In this document: positions 28,529 to 37,416 of the stretch, piece after piece
Position numbering within the stretch: position 1 is the first letter of the stretch
Layout: every line of letters begins with the position of its first letter
Assembly (NCBI GenBank): GCA_965204115.1
Contig: OZ241963.1
Span: forward strand, 233,293 to 297,292
From: Minisyncoccota bacterium
GTDB lineage: Bacteria; Patescibacteriota; Minisyncoccia; Phycocordibacterales; JABAAK01
Length of the DNA: 64,000 nucleotides
Reading direction: 5' to 3'
Translations under genes and position numbers: made by a program
Notes under the pieces: model-generated
Databases searched by the model: none
What the model was told of the DNA's origin: nothing
What the model saw: only the letters and a program-made list of their open reading frames with translations

Positions 28529-29503
28529 CTAGTAGTCGTACTCAACTGATTCCCAGTAGCACTCCTGGGAGCCAACGAAGTGGGAACCGCTACCACCGCC
28601 CCCGCCAAAGTTGTAGTAGTTGTTGTACACAGGGCCTCTATACTGGTCGCCCCCGATGAAGTCGCGACCGACTTCCTCAACTTTGACGCCTGAATTTTTT
28701 GCGATTGCCTCGAGCAATCGCATCTGATTCCCCAGTAGATAGCCTTGGTGGTTCAAGGTGTCTACGAGGGCTATAAGTTGCTCAAACTCCTGGGTACCGT
28801 TCTCCCGTATGGCATCAATCAGCTTATTGGCCATCTCGTTCGCGCTGTTCATAGCGCTTATAAGGGCCGCATTCTTCTGATTGAGTTGGAACTGTAGCCA
28901 GGCTTCCCGCTCCTCCAGATCCTCGAGTCGTTGAGTGGAGGCCGGTCTTAGTAGGGAAAGTAGTTCTTTGTTGTACACTACTGTCCCTCTTTTGTTCAAG
29001 AACTCCCAGATCATTGCCTGATATTCCAGGGTTAGCCGCTTTTCATTTAGCTGTGCCTGAAACTCCGTTTGCTGCGCGGATGGGAGTGTCTGCGCAAACG
29101 GATTGAGGACGCTCTGCGGCGTCTGGGCGTTTCCAGGAGGTGTCGTTGTGGCAGTGCCTCCACCGCCTGTCCACGCTGGGTCTATGCGGCTCAGGCGAAC
29201 GATTGCCTTTTGCCCTTCTTTGATCGCGGGTGTCGGCGTTACTGACGCCGGGTTAACGAGGAACAGTGTGTAGCGTGCGGTGTCGCCGCCGCGTTTCAAT
29301 TCTGCTATCTGGGTGGTAGTCACCCCGCCGTTTGCATCAATGAATATCTGATTCTGCTGCACCCATTGCAGGATCTCTGTGCCTGTTCCTATTTTTCGGC
29401 CTTCGGGACATTGTTCAAGCCCGGTGACCAGGGTTATCTCTGCCGTTGCTGTTGTCGTTGCGAATGTGAAGATTGCTAATATTACTATTGCTGCGAATTT
29501 CAT
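28529..29503 (-). CDS. secreted hypothetical protein (324 aa)
   Basis: N-terminal signal peptide MKFAAIVILAIFTFATTTATA, Thr/Gly-rich linker, Gly-rich C-terminus. Confidence 0.45.
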   Translation of the reverse strand: MKFAAIVILAIFTFATTTATAEITLVTGLEQCPEGRKIGTGTEILQWVQQNQIFIDANGGVTTTQIAELKRGGDTARYTLFLVNPASVTPTPAIKEGQKAIVRLSRIDPAWTGGGGTATTTPPGNAQTPQSVLNPFAQTLPSAQQTEFQAQLNEKRLTLEYQAMIWEFLNKRGTVVYNKELLSLLRPASTQRLEDLEEREAWLQFQLNQKNAALISAMNSANEMANKLIDAIRENGTQEFEQLIALVDTLNHQGYLLGNQMRLLEAIAKNSGVKVEEVGRDFIGGDQYRGPVYNNYYNFGGGGGSGSHFVGSQECYWESVEYDY

Positions 29504-29562
29504 TTTTTCTCCTTTTTACGAGGAGGTGTGCAGCGACGCTGCAACACCTCTCTCTCTGTTAT

Positions 29563-31491
29563 CTATCGGTGCCCTCCCCTCACGAAGCGTCTCTTCTTTT
29601 TGTCGGAGGAGGGTTGTTCGGTTGTGATAAACTCAAAATCAATAGATGTCTCTGTACGACCGGACCGTGGCAGTAGGTATTCGGTGGTTGTTATCACCAC
29701 TTTGTACCCTGTTGCCGTTGGATTGGCCGACAGAAACTCTTGCTGTGCTGCCGCCATCTTCCGCATATGTGGATTGCGGAGGTACTGCTGGTACTCCGCC
29801 TTGCTCAGGAGGTCAGCGGCCGAAACGGTGATTGACGTCGGTTCTCCGATGAGAACCCTTTCTTCAGAAGAAGTTTCGGCGCTGTCATTGGTGTCGGTGT
29901 CCGTTGCTTCGCCACTTGCGTCTGGGGTCTCTGGTTTTGGCTGCCCCAGGAGTGCGAACCGGATCTTCGGCCCCAGTTCAGGGGTCCGGTCAAAAATCAC
30001 CTGAAAAGGTTTCTCTTTGAACGGATAGGCCTTGTGGTCCGTTATCTCGATCTTCATTTCATTTTTTGCCCACCATACAAGGCGGTCAAAGAATTCCTGA
30101 GGATCGAAATGATCCGTTTTGTCGGCAAAGTACACCAACTCGGTGAGTGATGTGATGTTCGCTCTGTCCGCTCCCGGCTCAAATCGCACCTTCTTGCCGG
30201 TCTCCCCTTCCTCTATGAAATAGATGATGGGGAAATCGTTTTCAGTGATTTGTCCTGGGTGTTTCCCTAATCCCTCGCCGATCAGGGTGAATAGCTCTAA
30301 GCTGGTTAGGTCTACGCTGTGCTTCTGTCTGAGCGTGTTCACCCGCAGAGATACGATGTCCTCGTACCTCTGAACGGTGTCACGGACTGCCGTTATGACC
30401 CGTTCGACCTCCATCGCACCTTCCGGGGTCAGGGTGTCGTATCGGATGATAACCGAGCGCTTCCACTTCCCGCCTTTTTCAGGGCGGTGTAGGAGCCCGT
30501 TATTCGAACGGAGGAAGCCGTACACCCTTTCGGGCTCAATACCCCACTCTTCGGCAACCTTAAGTGCCTCAAAGTCGGTATTGATTGGTTTGCTCTCCTT
30601 GTATCGCTTTTTGAACGCAACGGACACTTTTCCTTCTGCGTCTCGCCATTGGTAGACGATAAACTCAGGAAGAGGTTCCTCTGGTGAGACCTCCAATACC
30701 TCGTACAAGTTCTCTAAGCCGGCGGTCCAGTTCTCAACCTTTACGCCGTTTTTACTGAGGTAGGCAAGCGCCTTCTCCGTACTGGTGAACGGTTTCGGCT
30801 TGATTTTGATTTCTTCCGGCGTGGGTGGGGGCGCTGGGGCCTTATACCACTTCGGCGGGAATACATACAACGATGGTTTCCCGTCGGGGCCGAGGAATGG
30901 TCTGCCAGTTGTCGGGTCAAGGTTGACTGCGATTGACATCCGGTAGTCCGTGACTCGTTTCTTGCCAGCAAAGTATTTGCTGGACAAGATTTGTGACATC
31001 ACGAAACTCTGCGGCTCTGATACACTGAGCTCGCTGCCAACCCATTCAACGAATTCGTTGAAATGGGAGCGACTCTTGATCTCATTTGCATGGATCAAGC
31101 TGAATTCGAAGTCAGCAGAGTTCTCATCAATCCTCGATGCCGTTGCGTCTCCCGGAATAGTGACCATTATTTTGACCGCTCCCTCGCCCTGTTCAGGGAC
31201 GGGGACGATTTGGGCCACGACTGGTGGGTACACTCCGTCCTTGAACCGCACTGAGTGTTGTTCCTTTGCGGCAGCTTCAAATGCGGCAGGGTTTACCAAC
31301 ACCGCCTTGAATTTTTCGATCTTCTCCCATGTGTCGAGCGTTTGTGGGAGATCCGGGTTCATTCCCCTTGCTGTTAGTTCAGTCAAGATGGATGAATCTA
31401 ATACGCCGATCCCAATTAACGCGAGACCTGTTACTCCCCCGATTAAGAGGAGTAGCCCTATGACGAACAAGAACTTTTTCATCTTTTGCAC
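29563..31491 (-). CDS. large secreted or membrane-anchored hypothetical protein (642 aa)
   Basis: N-terminal hydrophobic signal/anchor FLFVIGLLLLIGGVTGLALIGIGVL; no enzymatic motif recognised. Preceded by a consensus sigma70-like promoter. Confidence 0.45.
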   Translation of the reverse strand: MQKMKKFLFVIGLLLLIGGVTGLALIGIGVLDSSILTELTARGMNPDLPQTLDTWEKIEKFKAVLVNPAAFEAAAKEQHSVRFKDGVYPPVVAQIVPVPEQGEGAVKIMVTIPGDATASRIDENSADFEFSLIHANEIKSRSHFNEFVEWVGSELSVSEPQSFVMSQILSSKYFAGKKRVTDYRMSIAVNLDPTTGRPFLGPDGKPSLYVFPPKWYKAPAPPPTPEEIKIKPKPFTSTEKALAYLSKNGVKVENWTAGLENLYEVLEVSPEEPLPEFIVYQWRDAEGKVSVAFKKRYKESKPINTDFEALKVAEEWGIEPERVYGFLRSNNGLLHRPEKGGKWKRSVIIRYDTLTPEGAMEVERVITAVRDTVQRYEDIVSLRVNTLRQKHSVDLTSLELFTLIGEGLGKHPGQITENDFPIIYFIEEGETGKKVRFEPGADRANITSLTELVYFADKTDHFDPQEFFDRLVWWAKNEMKIEITDHKAYPFKEKPFQVIFDRTPELGPKIRFALLGQPKPETPDASGEATDTDTNDSAETSSEERVLIGEPTSITVSAADLLSKAEYQQYLRNPHMRKMAAAQQEFLSANPTATGYKVVITTTEYLLPRSGRTETSIDFEFITTEQPSSDKKKRRFVRGGHR

Positions 31492-31571
31492 TCCTTGTAT
31501 TTGCTCCTCCGATGTGTCGAGGGCAAAAAAATTGTTGTTTGGTTGTTATTGGACAGATAAAGTCCATTGCA

Positions 31572-31600
31572 ATTATACCATTTTGCTATTGTTTTGTCAA
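31572..31600 (-). promoter_or_regulatory. sigma70-type promoter for the 642-aa secreted-protein gene (TTGACA-N17-TATAAT with extended TG)
   Basis: On the minus strand this reads TTGACAaaacaatagcaaaaTGgTATAAT, ~75 nt upstream of the ATG at 31491. Confidence 0.5.
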
Positions 31601-31721
31601 GGCACCACAGCGACACCTTTGCTGTCTGTGAGTATAGTAGCATAGGTGCTTTTTTTCCTTTTTTTTACGGGATATTTTGTGTGATTAGTGAGTTCTAAAA
31701 ATAGGTGTATTGGGGGGTTGT

Positions 31722-31756
31722 TTTAAAACAGAAGAAGGGACGGCTGGGCCGTCCCT
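31722..31756 (-). terminator. hairpin terminator downstream of the 31797..32777 gene (possibly bidirectional)
   Basis: GGGACGG-CTGGG-CCGTCCC stem-loop with a U-run on the minus strand (ttcttctgtttt). Confidence 0.4.
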
Positions 31757-31796
31757 TCTAACGAACATTACATTAATACAGTTGAGCGAGCTTGTG

Positions 31797-32777
31797 CTAT
31801 TTCAGTTCAACTTTTCCTTCGCCGCCTTCTTCAGATCCGTTATTCCCTTCCTGAAGCTTGTTCGCCTGCGCAATCGCTTCGGCGAGCTGACTTGTTTTCT
31901 TGTCACGGCGCTTGCCCCAGAAGCCCTTCACGCCATCTTTCGTTTCCGTAAAAATGACTTTATAGGCCTTGAAGCCATAGAATAAGACCAAGGGGAGCAG
32001 GATGATTACCGCACCAATCAGCCACCAGTTTATACCGTTGTCGTCGTGGACGACGGTGGTGGTTGAACCGTGGTTACCGTTGTGGGTTTCATCAGCAGCT
32101 GGAGGAGCCGAGCTGGACGGGCTGTAAGCGGTTGTTGCAACCAGGCCGTCGGCGATGAGCAAAGGCAAAATGTCCTGATTGGCCTTCATACTGCCAACGG
32201 TGTTGGCGGCCAACAGATACATCTCTTGGACATGGTCGCGATAAGCTTTCCACGCTTCCAGATTTGCACCTGCTTCCGGCACTGTAATTTCTTGGGCCAT
32301 ATCGTTTGCCGCAACCATCATGTCGAATGCGAGCTCTCGTTCTGCCTTGGTCGTTGCGCTCCCAGAGCTTGCAACCACCATTGCTGCTTTGATTTTCTCT
32401 TTCGCAGCTTCGGCTTCGCGTTTTGCGACGCGGGCAGCCTGCATGTCCTCGAACTTCTGTTTTGTAATCTTGTACCCGTACTCAGAGTCCGGGACGAAGA
32501 TTGCGTCTTTCTCAATTGTTCCTTGGAAAACAAACGCTTGGTCAATTAACCTACGCGCTGCGTGCGTCCCGCCGCGAATGTTATTCACGCGGGTTTGGGG
32601 AGACGCGTTTTCGTTTGGCTCCGCCGGGTTGTCTAAACTGCGGGGGGCGTCATGGATTGGCGGTACCGTTCCTGCGGTTCCTCCGCCTTCTCCTGGTTGG
32701 CGAAACTGTGCGTCTGCAGCAAACACTGTCATCAAAACTGTCAAAACTGTTAATGTGAAAATTCTAATGCGGGTCAT
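31797..32777 (-). CDS. secreted hypothetical protein with a C-terminal TM anchor (326 aa)
   Basis: Signal peptide MTRIRIFTLTVLTVLMTVFAADA. C-terminal WLIGAVIILLPLVLFYGF helix followed by a charged tail. Confidence 0.45.
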   Translation of the reverse strand: MTRIRIFTLTVLTVLMTVFAADAQFRQPGEGGGTAGTVPPIHDAPRSLDNPAEPNENASPQTRVNNIRGGTHAARRLIDQAFVFQGTIEKDAIFVPDSEYGYKITKQKFEDMQAARVAKREAEAAKEKIKAAMVVASSGSATTKAERELAFDMMVAANDMAQEITVPEAGANLEAWKAYRDHVQEMYLLAANTVGSMKANQDILPLLIADGLVATTAYSPSSSAPPAADETHNGNHGSTTTVVHDDNGINWWLIGAVIILLPLVLFYGFKAYKVIFTETKDGVKGFWGKRRDKKTSQLAEAIAQANKLQEGNNGSEEGGEGKVELK

Positions 32778-32921
32778 TGTGGGTGACTCCTTTTTATAAG
32801 ATATTTGTAGGTTGGGGGCCTACGAAAAATGAAGATTCACCCAATCTGTGTTCCGATTATCATAATAGCGAAAAAAAATAATTTGTCAACCCTTTAGGGT
32901 ATTTTGGCATATCTCTTTTCA

Positions 32922-32980
32922 GTATTAAAAATAAGTCGGGCACCTCTCACTTATCACTACTGTGCTATGTGAGGGTGCCC
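32922..32980 (-). terminator. rho-independent terminator downstream of the lipoprotein gene
   Basis: GGGCACCCTCACATAG...GTGAGAGGTGCCC hairpin with a U-run on the minus strand. Confidence 0.4.
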
Positions 32981-33031
32981 TTCTTTAAGATTGATCATTG
33001 AAAAATTGAATGAGCTAAAAAATTGAAAGAG

Positions 33032-33751
33032 CTACTGGATCGGGACCAGTTTATAGGGGATCGTTGGGAGACCGCCTTCACTGGACGCCGAAGTTGCGGA
33101 TGGGCTCGGGTAGACTACGAGTGCCCCGGACTTGATCCGGGCATCTTCGCCAACACGAACACTGTTTAAGATCATGGAAAACGCTGCCATTTCTGAGGCT
33201 TCTACGCTCCCGTATTCACCAACCGGTAACAAGTTCGTCGGAATTCCAGTGGCATTGAGCTCATTGATGTGCTCGGACGTCAGTCCCTCAGTGGCGACCC
33301 GCTGTGCGGTCTCGCTATCAACGACATTGTACTTGAAGGACGACGGTATGCCGCCTTCAGATGTCGCGGAAGTCGCGGACGGGCTTGGGTATACAACGAG
33401 AGCCCCGGATTCCAGGACAGATTCTTTGCCCAGTGTGGTGCTTGCGAGTACCATTGAAAATGCTGCTTTCCCGCTTGGGTCAGTGACGATCACATTCCCT
33501 GCCTCGATCCCGCCCTGCTTGCCATCCTTCAGGAGTGCTGCAAGCTGGGCGTTTGCGATGCGGGCGTTTAGCTCGGTTTCTGCCGGATCGGCGTCAACAG
33601 TAGTGTTATCGGTTTCGGACGGGGCGACCTCTTGGTGTGCCTGCATTTGGTGCGGCACCGTCGTACTCAGGCATCCGGAAATGGTGCCAATGATGAGCAG
33701 TGCGCACACGACCAATCCGACTCTTTTCGCGTTCAAAATCATCGCTTTCAT
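33032..33751 (-). CDS. lipoprotein with an internal tandem duplication
   Basis: Lipobox LIIGTISGC. The segment SGALVVYPSPSATSA(T/S)SEGG(I/L)P occurs twice, each time preceded by an AAFSM(V/I)L-like segment. Confidence 0.45.
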   Translation of the reverse strand: MKAMILNAKRVGLVVCALLIIGTISGCLSTTVPHQMQAHQEVAPSETDNTTVDADPAETELNARIANAQLAALLKDGKQGGIEAGNVIVTDPSGKAAFSMVLASTTLGKESVLESGALVVYPSPSATSATSEGGIPSSFKYNVVDSETAQRVATEGLTSEHINELNATGIPTNLLPVGEYGSVEASEMAAFSMILNSVRVGEDARIKSGALVVYPSPSATSASSEGGLPTIPYKLVPIQ

Positions 33752-33894
33752 GGAAATATACCTCTCTGGTTAGTCTGGTTAGTTAGTCAAAAAAATAAGA
33801 TGGTTCCTGGTACTGGTATGTGTAATGTTCGTCGTTAGAGAACTAGCCTTACGGCAAGTTTCCAGAGAAAGTGTACCAAAAAAAAGAGGTTGTG

Positions 33895-34194
33895 TCAACT
33901 GTAGATGGTTTCTGCGAGGTGCTGGAGAGAGGTCTGGATATCTCTTTCCGCTAACCTACTGACAAAGGCAATGATAGTCCAGACGGAGGCGATAATGAAG
34001 ATGCCGAAAATACTCCAGCCGAGTTTGGTGAAGAGGTCTTTCCTTTCGGTTGATTCTGCGCCGGCTATGAGCTTGATGGCAATGATGATAAAAAAGAGGA
34101 TGGCGATGAAGAGCATCCCTGCCATTAATGGGTTTACGATATGATCAAACAGGTTGTCGGCGATCTCTTTGGCTGAAAGGGCAAAGGCGAGCAT
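33895..34194 (-). CDS. small two-TM membrane protein, member 1 of a five-paralog family (VirB2/TrbC-pilin-like topology)
   Basis: Shares the core ...(K/R)..(L/M)G(W/Y)S(I/L)(F/I)G(I/L)F(I/V)..SVW.II with ORFs 34216-34611, 34608-35363, 36604-36951 and 36970-37353. Confidence 0.4.
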   Translation of the reverse strand: MLAFALSAKEIADNLFDHIVNPLMAGMLFIAILFFIIIAIKLIAGAESTERKDLFTKLGWSIFGIFIIASVWTIIAFVSRLAERDIQTSLQHLAETIYS

Positions 34195-34215
34195 ATAGGT
34201 TTAGTATACAGGGGT

Positions 34216-34611
34216 TTATTGGGCCGGAGCGATTGATTCCACTTTTCGAAATTCTATATCCGGATTGCCCGGTCCGGCTGTGCCGAGAATGGCAGTTTGA
34301 AGGAGGGATACCAATCCCCAGACGCTGACCAGCACGAAAATGCCGATGATCCCCCATCCCATCCGCTTTTTTGCGTCTGTATTGGCTTCATTCTTACGGA
34401 TATAGTCCACCAAACCCCAGAAAAAAAGGAGGAATGCTATGGTAGCAGCGATGCCGATACATACTGCGATAAGCGGAGGGATATCAGCGACAAGACCTAA
34501 AATCCTATTAATCTCTTGTTCGGCAGGACCCTCTGCAAATGCAATGCCGGCGCCGGAATAAAAAAGTAGTGGGCAATAGGGTGCGTGTTGTGTGAATCTC
34601 TTCATTGTCAA
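34216..34611 (-). CDS. small two-TM membrane protein, paralog 2
   Basis: IAFLLFFWGLVDYIRKNEANTDAKKRMGWGIIGIFVLVSVWGLVSLL: two helices separated by a basic loop. Overlaps the next gene by 4 nt. Confidence 0.4.
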   Translation of the reverse strand: MTMKRFTQHAPYCPLLFYSGAGIAFAEGPAEQEINRILGLVADIPPLIAVCIGIAATIAFLLFFWGLVDYIRKNEANTDAKKRMGWGIIGIFVLVSVWGLVSLLQTAILGTAGPGNPDIEFRKVESIAPAQ

Positions 34612-35363
34612 CTGCAGTCAAAAGTTAGAAGGCGGCTTTTATTTGTATCGGCTGGGCAGTCACCAGAAACAAGGTCACATTTGTCTGTTGAACCCGTAAC
34701 GCCGTCTGCTTTCTTACACTTTGTGTACCCCTTCTTTTCCGTAGTTTGGTTTTTGCAACAAGGGCTTTTTAGATCTGATTCCTTTACACAAGTTGCTGAG
34801 TTTCCATCAGCATTTCTTGCAGGTCTTCCTTCGCTGTTTATATAACGAATACTCACGCTGCCCCCTCCACATCTCTGACTCCCCACTTCCGGCAGTGCAA
34901 TATTGTTGACCTGCTCTTCGCCGACTCCGACCCCAAGCACTCCACGGATAAATCCGATGATGCCCCATAAGGTTACAATCACAAAAATAGCCCCTAAAGA
35001 GTAGCCCATTTTGGTTTTTGCCTCCTCTTTCCCCTCCTCATCTCGGATATACTTGACCAGATTCCAGAAGAAGTAGAAAAAAGCGGCTGTAACCACAATT
35101 CCCACAAGAAGTCTCAACAGACCGGCAAACAAATTGCTCGCATCAAACAGTTGTGCAATCGGGTAAGAAATACTTCCCGGGCACACCTCTTTTGTGCCTC
35201 CGGGTGGTATGATGCATTCTTCGGATCCTTGCGCATCTGCCGGCAGTGAAACGAGGGAGAGGGTTGCGAAACTGAGGAAAAGCGCTGCCCCGATTATTGC
35301 AATATACAGGGTCTTTCGTATAAAAATTTGCTTTGGAGTCATGTGGTTATTATTATATATCAT
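34608..35363 (-). CDS. paralog 3: two-TM core plus a Cys-rich extracellular C-terminal extension
   Basis: FFYFFWNLVKYIRDEEGKEEAKTKMGYSLGAIFVIVTLWGIIGFI core. The C-terminal ~100 aa are Cys/Lys/Gly-rich (CCKNQTTEKKGYTKCKKADG...CDLVSGDC). Confidence 0.4.
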   Translation of the reverse strand: MIYNNNHMTPKQIFIRKTLYIAIIGAALFLSFATLSLVSLPADAQGSEECIIPPGGTKEVCPGSISYPIAQLFDASNLFAGLLRLLVGIVVTAAFFYFFWNLVKYIRDEEGKEEAKTKMGYSLGAIFVIVTLWGIIGFIRGVLGVGVGEEQVNNIALPEVGSQRCGGGSVSIRYINSEGRPARNADGNSATCVKESDLKSPCCKNQTTEKKGYTKCKKADGVTGSTDKCDLVSGDCPADTNKSRLLTFDCS

Positions 35364-35463
35364 TTTCTATGAAAAATCGTGTTGTTTGTGTGGAAAAGAT
35401 TTGGGTAGGAAAAATCCTATATTTTGTGTATTTTACTCCAATTTGTGTAACTACACCAGAGGG

Positions 35464-35493
35464 TTGACAAATACCCAAAATCAATGCTATAGT
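35464..35493 (+). promoter_or_regulatory. sigma70-type promoter (TTGACA-N18-TATAGT), ~500 nt upstream of the amidase gene
   Basis: Read directly: TTGACAaatacccaaaatcaatgcTATAGT. No ORF of 60 aa or more lies between it and the GTG start at 35995. Confidence 0.5.
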
Positions 35494-35994
35494 GTAATCA
35501 GCAGTTAGGGTAAGAGCCCTGGCGGTTCCTTATCTTAAGTAGTTAGAAAACTGTTGAGTGAGAATCTTGGGAGTGACCCTTTTTGGGGATTAAAGAGCCC
35601 GGAAGTAGTCTGAGGTGGTAGCGTCTGGGAAACGTTTACTATTCTTGGGCTGGCCGGTAGGGCATTCTGCTCCTAGACACAGGTTTAGTGCCAGCTGAAC
35701 CGAGTGAAATTTTAATCTTAATAGTTTTTGCCCTAATCTCAGGAGTGTGAGGCTTATCCAGTAACTCTGGATGAGAGAAATCCGAGCACGGATTAGGGAA
35801 GATATCGTCGGCATACCTTGGTTGGTCAGTTTTAACTGCTGTTTCTGCAGTTACCACTTTAGACCTTCCTTCGTACTCAATCTGTTTCCAGGTCTATGAT
35901 GTCTTGTTCTTTCCTGGCTTAAGCGCTCACACTTATCTTCGGATTTGTTTGAGCGCTTATTCTATATGTAACAAGATACTAAAGGAGGATAAAG

Positions 35995-36546
35995 GTGATT
36001 AAAAAAATTATTGCACTCTTGTTTGTCAGCGCATGTATCTCACTGTATGGTTGCGGTGGTGGTGTTCGCGGTTCCGGAGGCGGCTCGTTGCTTGATGGTG
36101 CCGGCAGACCGGTAACGACCGTTGTCGTGCATCATACTGCCGGTATGGCGAGCAACGACATCAAGCAGGTCGTCTCCGGAATCAACCGCCTGCATGCGCG
36201 AAAGTTTCGGAAGATGGGCAAGAGCTTGGGCCTTACCATTGCGTATCATTATTTGATTACACCGGATGGCAAGGTGTGGCGGACGCGGGACTTACAAGAT
36301 GTCGGCTACCACGCCGGTGACTGGGATGTGAACCTTCATTCCATTGGCGTCTGCTTGGTTGGTGATTTTACAAAATATCGTCCGACTAGGCCGCAGGTGC
36401 GGTCACTTGATCGGTTGGTGCGGCGACTGCGGAGTGAGCGGAATATCTCGAAAGTTATTCCTCACTCTTACTGTCGGGCAACGCTCTGTTGCGGAGAGTA
36501 CCTCAAGCGGGAAGTCCGCAAGCTTTCGTGGGGGAAGCACTTTTGA
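35995..36546 (+). CDS. N-acetylmuramoyl-L-alanine amidase (Amidase_2/PGRP domain), lipoprotein
   Basis: VVHHTAG...AYHYLITPDGKVWRTRDLQDVGYHAGDWDVNLHSIGVCLVGDF matches the zinc-amidase_2 signature. Lipobox LLFVSACISLYGC. GTG start preceded by AAGGAGG. Confidence 0.7.
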   Translation: MIKKIIALLFVSACISLYGCGGGVRGSGGGSLLDGAGRPVTTVVVHHTAGMASNDIKQVVSGINRLHARKFRKMGKSLGLTIAYHYLITPDGKVWRTRDLQDVGYHAGDWDVNLHSIGVCLVGDFTKYRPTRPQVRSLDRLVRRLRSERNISKVIPHSYCRATLCCGEYLKREVRKLSWGKHF

Positions 36547-36603
36547 TGAACATTACTTTTACATAAATACCTGACACTGTCGCTGTGTCAGGTATTTTCT
36601 TTT

Positions 36604-36951
36604 TTATCCGGTGAAGAGGTTGCGAAGGAGGTAGACAATGCCCCAGAGGGAGAAGACAGCGAAGAGGATGATGATGCCATAGAGGAGGCGCTTTTTGGCA
36701 AAATCGGCGAGGTTGCCGTCACCTTTGCTGGCGGCGCGCATATAGAGGACAATGCCGTAGATGAATAAGAAGAAGAGGATGATCACGGCGAGCGGGATCA
36801 GAACTCCGCTGAGTGCCTGAATGCCAAGATCAACGACACCTTTGAGGGAGAGTGTCTCCCAGGTCGGCTGGGCGGATGCACTGCCGGCACTGACGGTTGC
36901 GATGAGTAGTGCGGGCAGGAGTATTGTTTTTGCGTGGCGATGTGTTTTCAT
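36604..36951 (-). CDS. small two-TM membrane protein, paralog 4 (with signal peptide)
   Basis: IPLAVIILFFLFIYGIVLYMRAASKGDGNLADFAKKRLLYGIIILFAVFSLWGIVYLL. Confidence 0.4.
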   Translation of the reverse strand: MKTHRHAKTILLPALLIATVSAGSASAQPTWETLSLKGVVDLGIQALSGVLIPLAVIILFFLFIYGIVLYMRAASKGDGNLADFAKKRLLYGIIILFAVFSLWGIVYLLRNLFTG

Positions 36952-36969
36952 ACTGTATTTTAATGCGTG

Positions 36970-37353
36970 TTAGTTTTCGGTAACGGTCTCTACTTGATAG
37001 TCACTCTCCACCAACTCATTGACCGTGTTTTGAATGACAAAGAGAATACCGCGAGTGCCGAGTACGAGAAAGAGTCCGATGAGCGACCAGCCGAATGCGT
37101 TTTTCCATTTTGTGTAGTCGGCGGTTTTCTCTCTGCCGGCGAGCACCATCTGGAAGCCGATATAGGTGATGGAAAGGACGATGATAGGCATCAGGATGAG
37201 GGTAGCGCCATTTGTCACGCCGATGATGAGGTCGCTGACACTGCAGTATTTTATCGGATTGCAGAAGATTGCGTCGGATGGGCACCCGCAATCTGCGTAC
37301 ACAACAGTAGGAGTGAGCGCGGTGAGGAGTGAGAGTATGGCAGCGTACAACAT
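36970..37353 (-). CDS. small two-TM membrane protein, paralog 5 (Cys-containing N-terminal region)
   Basis: LILMPIIVLSITYIGFQMVLAGREKTADYTKWKNAFGWSLIGLFLVLGTRGILFVI. N-terminal CGCPSDAIFCNPIKYC. Confidence 0.4.
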   Translation of the reverse strand: MLYAAILSLLTALTPTVVYADCGCPSDAIFCNPIKYCSVSDLIIGVTNGATLILMPIIVLSITYIGFQMVLAGREKTADYTKWKNAFGWSLIGLFLVLGTRGILFVIQNTVNELVESDYQVETVTEN

Positions 37354-37416
37354 ATATATTCACTATAGTATACCACCACTGCTTCTGTTGCGGTGTCGTA
37401 TAGCAGTCATGGTTGT

